64,000 nucleotides of DNA from Vicinamibacterales bacterium (GTDB lineage Bacteria > Acidobacteriota > Vicinamibacteria > Vicinamibacterales > UBA823). This document shows, piece by piece, positions 9,629-18,801 of the stretch. The translations under genes were made by a program, and so were the position numbers. The stretch is taken from assembly GCA_036012125.1 (NCBI GenBank), contig DASCOS010000020.1, positions 189,460 through 253,459 of the forward strand. The letters run 5' to 3'. The notes under the pieces were generated by a model that was not told the DNA's origin, searched no databases, and saw nothing but the letters and a program-made list of their open reading frames with translations. Position 1 is the stretch's first letter. Every line of letters begins with the position of its first letter.

Positions 9629-11047
9629 TCAGGACGGTACAGGAAAATCAGTCGTACTCGGTCGAGTAGTCAAACCCACAACCACGAGCGCTAGAATTGA
9701 CAGGGTCAGAGCTGGATAGACCGTCTCAAGACCAAGCGGATACTCCGGAACACCATCAACACTGTGCTGCAGACCAACGATCTCCCAAACCAACGTGGTA
9801 GTCATACCTACGAGAATCGACCACACGCCTGCTGAACGCGGTATGCGCGGCCAGACCAGTGCGCCGAGCAAAGCCGGCGTAATGCCAGCCCCGTACATTG
9901 TGTAAGCCCAAAGCGCCATCGCCAAGATTGATGGAAAAAAGCTTCCGATCACGTAACCGACGCACCCCAATGCCACTACAACCAGTCGGGTGTAGACCAA
10001 TACCTGTTGGTCAGCGACCTTTGGATTTATAAAGCGCTGATAGACGTCACGCATCAAATTCGTTGCAGGCGTTAGAAGAAAGCTGTTGGCAGTGGAAACG
10101 ATTATCGCCGCAGCCCCACAAACAAGCAGGACCCCAATGCCCATCGGTAGAACTTGCAGTGCAACATTGATCACGATCGATTCTGAACCTTCGGTGCTCA
10201 GGCCTGGCACAACACCGCTACCGAGTACACCAACCGAGTCAATCAACGTCTCGACGACGATCGTGCCAACAATCCACCCAACCACCGCTAGACGGGCCGC
10301 TCGCTCGCTTTTTGCAGAAAAAAACTTCTGGTACATATTCGCTTCACCGAGAAGCAAGAACAACGTTGGAAAAAAAAGCGCTAAAGCCGCCTGCGGCGAT
10401 AGTTCACCAAACAATGCGACATGCTCTGGTTGCAGCGATGAGAAGGTCGTTGCAAGTCCGCCACCATCAGACACGAGGAAAACCACCGCTAGGACTACAC
10501 TCACTACCATCATCACGCCATTCCCAACATCGAGATAAGCAATCGACAGCATGCCTGCCAACGCGGTGTAAGTGACGCAGAATGCGGCGGTCATCAGTGC
10601 ACCGGTCGCCGGTTCAATACCAGCCACCAATTCCAGAAGTTTTCCGCCTGCGCGGAACTGATAGGCCGCAATGGTCGTATAGGCCATTACCGTGGTAAGA
10701 GCGCCAAGAAGGCGCGCGGTCGGTCCATACCGTAATTCGAGGATGTCCGGAACAGTGTACTGCGCGAGCCGGCGCACGCGAGGAGCAATGAAATAGACCA
10801 ATGCGATACCGACCCAAGCTCCAGCTGACTGCCATAGTGCGGGGAACCCTACCCGATAGCCCAAACCAGCACCGGCGAATAGACTGCCAGAGCCGATCCA
10901 TGTAGCAAGAAGGGTAAAGACAAGCACCCGAGCTGGTAAAGCGCGGTTGGCAATCAGAAAGTCATCGGCCGTCTGCACCTGACGACTCTTCCAGGAACCA
11001 ACGACAACTAGAGCAGCGAGATAAATAATGATGGCACTCAGAAACAT
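9629..11047 (-). CDS. Sodium:solute symporter (SSS) family transporter
   Basis: 472 aa with about 13 TM segments. The SSS-like N-terminus reads SWKSRQVQTADDFLIANRALP...TWIGSGSLFG. Confidence 0.85.
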   Translation of the reverse strand: MFLSAIIIYLAALVVVGSWKSRQVQTADDFLIANRALPARVLVFTLLATWIGSGSLFAGAGLGYRVGFPALWQSAGAWVGIALVYFIAPRVRRLAQYTVPDILELRYGPTARLLGALTTVMAYTTIAAYQFRAGGKLLELVAGIEPATGALMTAAFCVTYTALAGMLSIAYLDVGNGVMMVVSVVLAVVFLVSDGGGLATTFSSLQPEHVALFGELSPQAALALFFPTLFLLLGEANMYQKFFSAKSERAARLAVVGWIVGTIVVETLIDSVGVLGSGVVPGLSTEGSESIVINVALQVLPMGIGVLLVCGAAAIIVSTANSFLLTPATNLMRDVYQRFINPKVADQQVLVYTRLVVVALGCVGYVIGSFFPSILAMALWAYTMYGAGITPALLGALVWPRIPRSAGVWSILVGMTTTLVWEIVGLQHSVDGVPEYPLGLETVYPALTLSILALVVVGLTTRPSTTDFPVPS

Positions 11048-11208
11048 AAATGGTCGCGTGCTGACCTAGAGATTCTAAAAAACTACGCTCTGCGATTGTC
11101 AAACCGTATTTTGAGACCAGCCATCCGAATGTTAACTAATCCACTATTAGAGGCGTGATTGGCGGCATGCGCTATCTGAAGAAATCGTATGGCGTCACCA
11201 AGTGCTTC

Positions 11209-11511
11209 TCAGTCAAGATCAAAGTCCCGCTCCGGCCTAGTCACCGGTTCGTCGGTCGCTTTACGAAGGGCTTCTTCAAAGCGCTTGGCAAGTGCATCGC
11301 CACGTGTGCGCTCATCAGTAACCGATTGCTGGAACACCGCTTCTCGACGCGCTGCCTCCTCATCAAGAATTCGATCGGCTTCACCCAACTCGACCTTGTC
11401 CTGACGTTCCGGCTCGCTGTGCCGTACGACGCGCTTTAAACCCACATCGATGACGAGTGAGGCGGTACAGCAAGGACAAACCAGTTCGAGCTCCGACGTG
11501 AGGTTAGTCAT
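11209..11511 (-). CDS. Hypothetical protein with N-terminal CPCC motif and charged helical tail
   Basis: Internal ATG 11511 is preceded by GGGAGGG. The product begins MTNLTSELELVCPCCTASLVIDVG and continues with an E/R/D-rich region. The track's longer version adds an R-rich extension with no RBS. Confidence 0.5.
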   Translation of the reverse strand: MTNLTSELELVCPCCTASLVIDVGLKRVVRHSEPERQDKVELGEADRILDEEAARREAVFQQSVTDERTRGDALAKRFEEALRKATDEPVTRPERDFDLD

Positions 11512-11822
11512 TTGTGGACCCTCCCTACCATCGCGCCTACGCTGTCTTTTCAGCGCCGATCGGTACGCGGTAGTCACCGCCCATCTAGGCGAGACAACAT
11601 GATATCTCCTACCCTAGTCGAGGACCATGTCGTGACTCTATTTTTGAAATGGTGGGAATACCGTGGTTGGAGCGAAATCCAAAATGAACCCCTTAAAAGC
11701 GACCCAAATTTCGACTCTCTTTACCCGAGACGGCCAAGCCCCAAGACGGTAGGACTACATGATTCAACTAAGGCTGAAGAGGTTCGTGCCAGCACTACCG
11801 TGAGAACTCAGTAGGTGTTGTC

Positions 11823-12068
11823 TCAGCCTTCTTCCTCGAAGCCTTCTTCCTCGGTTGGACGAGGACGGGTTGAGGGACGAAGGGCTTCACGGCGGTCATA
11901 CACTGCCAACCCTTCGACGTGGAACGTTAGCGTGCAAGAACTCGCTTTACGTTCCACAACAGCTAGGACAGGGCTCCCCGCCACGCCAGCCCGAAATGTG
12001 ATCCTGCAACCACACGACAACCTTGCGTGGTGGAATCCCTTTAACGCCGTATTAACTTCGGTACTCAT
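11823..12068 (-). CDS. Hypothetical small protein (81 aa) with acidic tail PTEEEGFEEEG
   Basis: ORF on the same strand as its neighbours, with three Cys residues (SCGC, SSC). The tail is encoded by a perfect 12-nt duplication (GAGGAAGAAGGC x2, 15-nt period). No homolog recognised. Confidence 0.4.
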   Translation of the reverse strand: MSTEVNTALKGFHHARLSCGCRITFRAGVAGSPVLAVVERKASSCTLTFHVEGLAVYDRREALRPSTRPRPTEEEGFEEEG

Positions 12069-12177
12069 GACATCGCAATCAACCGCCTAGGTCGGCAGCC
12101 GATGCGCAGCCATCATACACCAACGGTTGTTCATCTGTGTGACCGGAATGAAAAACTAGGATGGAGGACGTTGACAA

Positions 12178-12735
12178 TCAGAGCATTGCACGGATTTCTC
12201 GCTCTACCTGGTCCTTCGTGGCTAAACCCATGTGCTGCTTACATACAGTGCCACTCCGGTCAATGTATAAAGTTATCGGAATACCCCAAACCGGTCCGAG
12301 CGCTTCCTTAACATCGTCGCGGCCAAGACCCACAAGCAACGGATAGTTGACCCCGTATTCGTCAGCAAACGGCTTCAACTTCTCGATCGGATCGTCGACA
12401 GACAATCCGAGCACAGCAAGACCTTGGTCTCCGTACTCGTTCTGTAACTCGACAAAACTGGGAATCTCAACCTTGCAGGGACCACACCAAGTCGCCCAAA
12501 AATTAAACAGAATGACCTTTCCCCTATACGATGCCAAATCGACATCATCCCCATTCATATCTTGGAGGGTAAAATCGAGGTTCGCAGGGCGGGCATCGGG
12601 GTCGCAAGCCGCCGTGTCTACGGCATCAGCCTCTGACCACACGGAGGCACTCAACATCTCTTCCGGAAACACCGGAAACGTCAGAAAAGCCAAGGCCAAA
12701 GACGCTCCGGCAGCTGCCATCCATCGCCACTTCAT
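12178..12735 (-). CDS. TlpA-family thiol:disulfide oxidoreductase (thioredoxin fold, exported)
   Basis: WATWCGPC active site. Signal-like N-terminus MKWRWMAAAGASLALAFLTF when translated from ATG 12735. Confidence 0.85.
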   Translation of the reverse strand: MKWRWMAAAGASLALAFLTFPVFPEEMLSASVWSEADAVDTAACDPDARPANLDFTLQDMNGDDVDLASYRGKVILFNFWATWCGPCKVEIPSFVELQNEYGDQGLAVLGLSVDDPIEKLKPFADEYGVNYPLLVGLGRDDVKEALGPVWGIPITLYIDRSGTVCKQHMGLATKDQVEREIRAML

Positions 12736-12965
12736 GATTCCGAACCCTCGTTTAGGGAGCGCCGGTAACCCCAAGATGGCCTTAAGAAAGCCCAAAACCG
12801 CAACCGGCCTCGGTACGTCTAGTTATATAGCATGCTGACGAATAGCACACCTAGAATCCCTAGCAGACAAACTCACTAGGCCTCCTGTAGTCGCTACAGT
12901 AACATATGTCAGCGTTGGCGTTGATAGTTGGCGTCAGTTCCCAAATGAGCCACGAGGTAAATCTT

Positions 12966-15900
12966 ATGCGTATCCGCAAGGGGTGTGAACTTCGCGTCTC
13001 CATGAGCGCCGGATTGACACTACTCTTCCTCTTTTGTCTGGCGTTACCTGCCATCGCACAAAGTCAGTTCATTCCCTACTACGGAAAGGCCAGGGTGAAG
13101 TATGACAACTTCGACTGGCAGATTTACACAACTGATCATTTCGAAATGTATTACTACCCCGAACTTGAACAGCACCTAGAGCGAGTGGCGGGCTACGCTG
13201 AAAGCGCCTATCAGCAGGTCAGTTCAGATCTCAGACATGAGTTGGCATTTCAGATTCCCCTCGTGCTATTCAAGACCCACAGTGAATTTGAACAGCAGAA
13301 CGTAATTCCAGCCGACATGCCGGAAGGCGTTGCAGCCTTTGCCGAACCACTTCGCAACCGTATGGTTCTGCCAATCGATGAGCCTCCCGATGAACTCTAC
13401 CGGCTCATCACCCACGAACTCGTCCATATCTTTGAGTTCGACATCATCCCCCGCGGTGTCCTTCGCTCAGATGTGCCCCTCTGGGTCGACGAAGGGTTAG
13501 CTGATCACCTAGCAGGGGTCTGGAACCCACTCGACCTAATGATGGTCCGCGATGCGGCAGTCTCCGACATCGTGCCCAAAATGACCGAACCAGATGAATT
13601 CTTCGGATTTAGTAGCCCACGGTTACCCTACAACCTGGGTCACGCAGCCTTCGAGTTCATTGAGGCGAGAGAAGGTAAAGAAGGTATCCGGCAATTCCTA
13701 TTGGCTCTCAGAACAAATGTGATCGGTGGTGGTAGTGACGCGTATCAGGAAGGCCTCGGTCTCTCCGCCGAAGAGTTCGACATCGAGTTCTCGCGGTACA
13801 TCAGAGAACGGTTTCAGCCCTTCCGCGATCGGGAACGAGCGGAGGACTATGGAACCGACCTAGCACCCGATCCAATTCGATCCGAGTTCGTGGCTGCCTA
13901 CTCCGTTGAACCGGCGCCGTCGGGGGAACTATTGGCAGCGGTAGCCACGAACAGGAAAGACCGTGAGCTTGACATCATTCTCATCTCTGTTCAGGACGGT
14001 AGTGTCGTCACAAATCTAACTCCGGGATTCTCGCAGAACGATGGTTACGACTACATCTCTATTCCTGGCGCGCGGTGGAATACCGTGCCGTGGATGTCGT
14101 GGTCACCGGCAGGCGACCAGTTGGCCTATTTCGTGCGCAAGGGCAAACGTAAGACGCTCATAATTAGGGACATTGTCAGCCGCCGTATCGAACAACGGCT
14201 CGACATGACAACCGTTGACGAACCCGAATCCCCGGACATCTCGCCTAATGGCCGCCACGTCGCGTTCTCAGCACTGCAGAACGCCACGGGTGACATTTAC
14301 ACCATTGACTTGGTCACAAACGAAGTTCGGAACGTCACAAACGATAATTTTGCAGACTATGCGCCCACGTTTTCCCTAGACGGACGGTCTTTAGTCTACC
14401 TGGCACGTGTTAACGGCAACAATAAACTGTTTCGGGTAGACCTCGAAACAGGAGAGAAACTGCAATTAACCTTCGGTGCCCACGACGAAACGGCCGCACA
14501 GTTCATTGATAGAGACAAGATTGTGTTCTCCTCTACAGCGGTCGACCCACTGCAGCCTATCGACCCTGACGTAGCCCGTGACGGCAACATCTTCAACCTG
14601 TGGACACTGACCCTGTCAACAGGCGCACTTGAGCAGTACACCGACGCCCTAAGTGGGAACGTCTCCCCCGTCGTACTAGAAACAGTCGACGGCCAAGAGG
14701 TTGCGTTCGTCAGTTACAACAAGGGCAATTACGGTATCTACACCACGGAAGTGGAAGAACCACTATACATGGTGGAAACCTCAGATTTTGGCGCCCCTGG
14801 TCTGGTGATGGACTTCCAAGCTCCTTTATCGCACACCCTCATTAGGGATAACAGTCGAGACAAGGGCAGGTTCGAGAAGATGGTTCTCGAAGGTCGGCCA
14901 CCGGTCAACCTTGGGGTAACGAATAGCGGCGACCTTTACGGCGGTTCGTCTCTAACGCTCACTGACCTGCTGGGCGAACAACAGTTCAACGTGTATGCAG
15001 CATCAATTTCAGAATACCGGACAATGGCAATGTCGTATGTGAACCTCGCGCGCCGATTGCAGTGGGGCACGCAACTCTTCTCCCAGACTCAATTCTTCTT
15101 CGGCACGCCAACTGGCATGTCGTATGGCCTGTTTAATCGTGACCAAGCCATTGCAACCACCAGAATGCGCGGTGGCACAGTCTTTGGCATCTATCCCTTT
15201 AGTAGGTTTCGACGGGTCGAGTTGTCGGCTGGCGTAGCAAATTACCAAGAGCAATTCGGTAGCCCGCAGCTACAGGCAGCCTCTAATCAGGTACAGACGG
15301 ATCGATTTGGCGCCACCATCTTCCGCAATGGCACCTTCGTGCCTTTCAATATCGCCTTTATTCAAGAAACGACAGTATTTCGCGAATTCGGCCCGGTATC
15401 AGGTAATACGATGCGGCTGGGATTCGAATATGCACCGAAATTTGGGAACACACTTTCGCAGCAGAGTCTTGATGGTGATGCCCGTTACTATCTCAGGCTG
15501 GGAGAAACCGGACTAGTAGCACTGCGAGCAAGAGGTTTCAGGAGTTTTGGTGAAAGTCCAAACTTCTATTTCTTTGGTGGTAATTCTGAATTGAGGGGTT
15601 ACGACTACCTAGAATTTGTCGGCCACAAAGCATTCCATCTGAACGCTGAATTACGGTTTCCACTGGTCGAAGTGATGTTGACGCCGATCGGCGTCTTGGG
15701 CGGCTTCCGAGGTGTGTTCTTCGCTGGTGTTGGTGGTGCTGCGCTCAACAGCGACAGCTTTACTCCATGGACTTCCTCCCCGGAGACATTCAAGCCGGTA
15801 ATCGGACTCAAATACGACAGTAATCTTCAGCCTCAGCCGGTCTACGCTGATCCGGTCCAAATCACCGGCTTCCGCTTACGAGACGCGCGTGGCTCCTACG

Positions 15901-16064
15901 GCTTTGGCCTTGAAACCATGGCGTTCGGCTTTCCGATCCACCTTGACTGGACGTGGCGAACTCTTTTCAACGATGCCTGGGAGAACCTCCTGTTCGCTGC
16001 AAACGGCGGCAGCGCAAAGTTTCGTGAAAGCCGCTTCAATTTCTGGATAGGATACGATTTCTAG
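12966..16064 (+). CDS. Outer-membrane fusion protein: peptidase-MA-like HExxH domain, TolB-like PD40 beta-propeller and Omp85/surface-antigen (D15) beta-barrel
   Basis: Signal peptide (LLFLFCLALPAIAQS). HExxH in ITHELVHIFEFD. PD40-like repeats (SPNGRHVAFSA, SLDGRSLVYLA). C-terminal FFGGNSELRGYDY...NAELRFPL, with a terminal ...WIGYDF typical of OMP barrels. Confidence 0.8.
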   Translation: MRIRKGCELRVSMSAGLTLLFLFCLALPAIAQSQFIPYYGKARVKYDNFDWQIYTTDHFEMYYYPELEQHLERVAGYAESAYQQVSSDLRHELAFQIPLVLFKTHSEFEQQNVIPADMPEGVAAFAEPLRNRMVLPIDEPPDELYRLITHELVHIFEFDIIPRGVLRSDVPLWVDEGLADHLAGVWNPLDLMMVRDAAVSDIVPKMTEPDEFFGFSSPRLPYNLGHAAFEFIEAREGKEGIRQFLLALRTNVIGGGSDAYQEGLGLSAEEFDIEFSRYIRERFQPFRDRERAEDYGTDLAPDPIRSEFVAAYSVEPAPSGELLAAVATNRKDRELDIILISVQDGSVVTNLTPGFSQNDGYDYISIPGARWNTVPWMSWSPAGDQLAYFVRKGKRKTLIIRDIVSRRIEQRLDMTTVDEPESPDISPNGRHVAFSALQNATGDIYTIDLVTNEVRNVTNDNFADYAPTFSLDGRSLVYLARVNGNNKLFRVDLETGEKLQLTFGAHDETAAQFIDRDKIVFSSTAVDPLQPIDPDVARDGNIFNLWTLTLSTGALEQYTDALSGNVSPVVLETVDGQEVAFVSYNKGNYGIYTTEVEEPLYMVETSDFGAPGLVMDFQAPLSHTLIRDNSRDKGRFEKMVLEGRPPVNLGVTNSGDLYGGSSLTLTDLLGEQQFNVYAASISEYRTMAMSYVNLARRLQWGTQLFSQTQFFFGTPTGMSYGLFNRDQAIATTRMRGGTVFGIYPFSRFRRVELSAGVANYQEQFGSPQLQAASNQVQTDRFGATIFRNGTFVPFNIAFIQETTVFREFGPVSGNTMRLGFEYAPKFGNTLSQQSLDGDARYYLRLGETGLVALRARGFRSFGESPNFYFFGGNSELRGYDYLEFVGHKAFHLNAELRFPLVEVMLTPIGVLGGFRGVFFAGVGGAALNSDSFTPWTSSPETFKPVIGLKYDSNLQPQPVYADPVQITGFRLRDARGSYGFGLETMAFGFPIHLDWTWRTLFNDAWENLLFAANGGSAKFRESRFNFWIGYDF

Positions 16065-16155
16065 ATGCGGTAGATGGGTAATTTACGAAGTTCCTTCACT
16101 CCCTTAACCAACTTCGGACATTTCAGCAGGTCTCTACTGGTCGGGAGCCGATGAA

Positions 16156-16662
16156 GTGACGACCTGCCATCTCCAACCGCGACGACCGGAAGATTCGGCC
16201 ACTGAGACAGTCCACGTTGTCTTGCCCAATGACGCCAATCCGTTGGGTTTTATGCTCGGCGGGTCCGTGATGCATCTGATCGACCTCGCTGGGGCAATTG
16301 CCAGTCATCGCCACACCCGGAGCCGTGTCGTGACGGCGTCAGTTGACAGCGTCGAGTTTCTACATCCCGTTAAAGTTGGCGATCTACTCATTCTCAGGTC
16401 ACGGGTCACCTGCGCGTTCCACACATCACTTGAGGTTGAGGTTGAAGTAGTCTCCGAAGAGTCCTTGACAGGTACGCGACGTTTGACGAGCCGAGCGTTC
16501 CTGACTTTCGTTGGAGTCGATGAGAGGGGCTGCCCCACTCCGATTCCACCCCTGCTCGTTGAATCGGTCGATGACACTCACCGTGCCGAGATGGCGCGCG
16601 CGCGTCGAGCCCAACGCCTCGAAGCTCGAGGACGGTTGGCCTCTGATAACTTTTCCCTGTAG
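16156..16662 (+). CDS. Acyl-CoA thioesterase (hotdog fold, YciA/BFIT-like)
   Basis: VVLPNDANPLGFMLGGSVMHLIDLAG...VTASVDSVEFLHPVKVGD. Confidence 0.8.
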   Translation: MTTCHLQPRRPEDSATETVHVVLPNDANPLGFMLGGSVMHLIDLAGAIASHRHTRSRVVTASVDSVEFLHPVKVGDLLILRSRVTCAFHTSLEVEVEVVSEESLTGTRRLTSRAFLTFVGVDERGCPTPIPPLLVESVDDTHRAEMARARRAQRLEARGRLASDNFSL

Positions 16663-16675
16663 GAACTGTTGCCCC

Positions 16676-18184
16676 CTAAGAAATATCTTGGAGGCGAACG
16701 ACGCTCTCTTCTAAATCGATCGCTACCCGGTACCGGCTAAGAAAATTGTGCCCAATAGTGCCACCCACTTGGAAGCCAAGGAGGGCGCTAGGCGCCTGCA
16801 AGTTGAGAACGACGACCGGGTAGTTCGGAAATGCGATCGTATTGAACATCAGGTCGATACCCGGTAATAGAAACGCATCCGGATCCCATCCTGACGACCC
16901 GAATACCCGAAGCGGAAGATGTCTTACGACTGGCCGGCGACTCAGCATGCTAGCAGTCTGCGAGCTAATCGAGATCACCTCACCACCCGTATCCACAACG
17001 AAACTCGCGTCTTGATCGTTAACGGTTCCTCGCACAGTCACTAGCCGATGCTGACGCAACGGCAACACAACGTCTGCAGGATCCCGCGGAATCTTTCGAC
17101 CGATCGTCAGCTGAGAGCGTTCATAGTCAACCGTGAGTGAGAGCCTAGCAGCCAGGGGCGAGAAACTCTCGACTTCGCGCTTGGGAATCCCGGTTAAAGG
17201 CGGGTTCTTAATGAGGGTTGGCACGTTGTCCATCTTAAGCGAACCAATCTCAATCGAATCGATCCAGCCGAGCTGTAGCCCGCGGAGGCCAACTTCTCCA
17301 ACACCCGCACTCAAGGTGTACACGATCGGCCGGACGTTGGACGCTCTAGCCACTTCACGTGAGACCACCGTCTGCTCAGCACCAGTGTCAACCACGAAGT
17401 CAATCTCACGATGTCCGTTCACACTCGCCTTGACTATAATCTTGTCCTGGACAAGCCTGAACGGCACTGTGTGAAGTTGCTCAGCAACGTCAGGTTCCAT
17501 ATCAAACGGAACCCGACGCCCCAAAGAACGTAGAAAGCGAATCTGGGCACGAGACCAAGCCGCTCGCTGACTCTGGTCCTTGTGCGGAAGTAAATTGACG
17601 TAGTTGCCAAACGCAACAGCCGCTTCCTCATAGCGATGCATCCGCTTATAGATGGTGCCGACTGTGTGGTGGAACTCTCCGTCACGGGGCGACAGGGCTA
17701 AAGCTTTCTGCGCTGCCTCAAGCGCAGCATCATTATTGTTTAGGCTCATCAACGACTTACCAAGTCCATGATGGCCGCGTGCAACGGTAGGGTCCCTTGC
17801 GAGAACATCGAGAAAGAGCTGTTCGGCTTCGTCAAACAGACCAGCTGCCCATAAAGTATCGCCATACATCACAATTGCCGCTGGGTCGTCAGGCGCCTCT
17901 GCAAGGGCTGCGTCGGCCTCCACCCGCGCGTCAGCAAATCGGGCCAAGCGCAACATCGAGAGCACCGACCCACGGCGCGCTCGAAAAAGCTGTGATGCCG
18001 TCGCGCCCTCCTTTGCTCGTGTGAATGCCTCAAGCGCTTCAGGAAAACGTTCTTCTGCAATGAGCAAATCAGCTAACTGAAGTTGGATAGCGCTATAGGT
18101 TGGGTCTGCGCTCCGGCTGGTAACAACCGAAAGCGCTACCAGAGCAGCGGTGACCGCGACAAGTGGACGAAGACCGATGTGCAT
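16676..18184 (-). CDS. Exported TPR-repeat protein with two retropepsin-like aspartic protease domains
   Basis: Signal peptide, followed by N-terminal TPR repeats. Two D-T-G signatures are present: FVVDTGAEQTVVS and FVVDTGGEVISIS. Confidence 0.75.
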   Translation of the reverse strand: MHIGLRPLVAVTAALVALSVVTSRSADPTYSAIQLQLADLLIAEERFPEALEAFTRAKEGATASQLFRARRGSVLSMLRLARFADARVEADAALAEAPDDPAAIVMYGDTLWAAGLFDEAEQLFLDVLARDPTVARGHHGLGKSLMSLNNNDAALEAAQKALALSPRDGEFHHTVGTIYKRMHRYEEAAVAFGNYVNLLPHKDQSQRAAWSRAQIRFLRSLGRRVPFDMEPDVAEQLHTVPFRLVQDKIIVKASVNGHREIDFVVDTGAEQTVVSREVARASNVRPIVYTLSAGVGEVGLRGLQLGWIDSIEIGSLKMDNVPTLIKNPPLTGIPKREVESFSPLAARLSLTVDYERSQLTIGRKIPRDPADVVLPLRQHRLVTVRGTVNDQDASFVVDTGGEVISISSQTASMLSRRPVVRHLPLRVFGSSGWDPDAFLLPGIDLMFNTIAFPNYPVVVLNLQAPSALLGFQVGGTIGHNFLSRYRVAIDLEESVVRLQDIS

Positions 18185-18325
18185 GAACCCTCCGAAATGC
18201 CTGGGGGATCACTGGCAACTGCTTGAAGCAACTAAAGCACAGTCAGATGAATCAACGCGTATCAGCAACCTAAAGATAAAAAGTGTAAAACAGAGACCAC
18301 TCTTAGGCCCGGATGGCTACTCGAG

Positions 18326-18796
18326 TCAGCGCGTGTAATGCTCAATAGGTACGCCGTCGTACATCTCATTGACCCGAAGGATCTGCGTGTCTCGGCTATA
18401 AGTCCCGAGCTCATAATCCTCACTCATGATCAAAGCCTTGAATGGTTTCGTAGGGCAGACCTCCGAGCACAAACCGCAAAAACTACAGCGTGACAGATTA
18501 AAATTAAAGTAATCCAAAATCTTAATTTTTTGCCCAGGTTCGCGATGGCCACCAAGCGAAATCAAATCGTCAGGACACACCTTGGCACACTGATCGCAAA
18601 CGATGCACGTCTGCGCACCAGTCTCAGGCTCAACCTGAAGCCGTAACACACCACGGAATCTAGCCGCAACGGGACGCCTCTCAGCTGGATACTGGAACGT
18701 AAAAGCAGGCTGAGGAGTATACTTAAGCGTCACCAAAAGCCCCTTCACTAGATCGATCAAGAAAACCGTCCGGAAAAAATTTTTCAGCCTTTGCAC
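18326..18796 (-). CDS. nuoI: NADH-quinone oxidoreductase subunit I (2x[4Fe-4S])
   Basis: CIVCDQCAKVCP and CSFCGLCSEVCP, with an N-terminal FxYPxE..RFRG pattern typical of NuoI. Confidence 0.9.
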   Translation of the reverse strand: MQRLKNFFRTVFLIDLVKGLLVTLKYTPQPAFTFQYPAERRPVAARFRGVLRLQVEPETGAQTCIVCDQCAKVCPDDLISLGGHREPGQKIKILDYFNFNLSRCSFCGLCSEVCPTKPFKALIMSEDYELGTYSRDTQILRVNEMYDGVPIEHYTR

Positions 18797-18801
18797 AACA
18801 C

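Noticed and set aside
11512-11814. Plus-strand 100-aa ORF in the small-gene region.
   Set aside because: It overlaps the start of the minus-strand CPCC gene and has no RBS or motif. All surrounding genes are on the minus strand.
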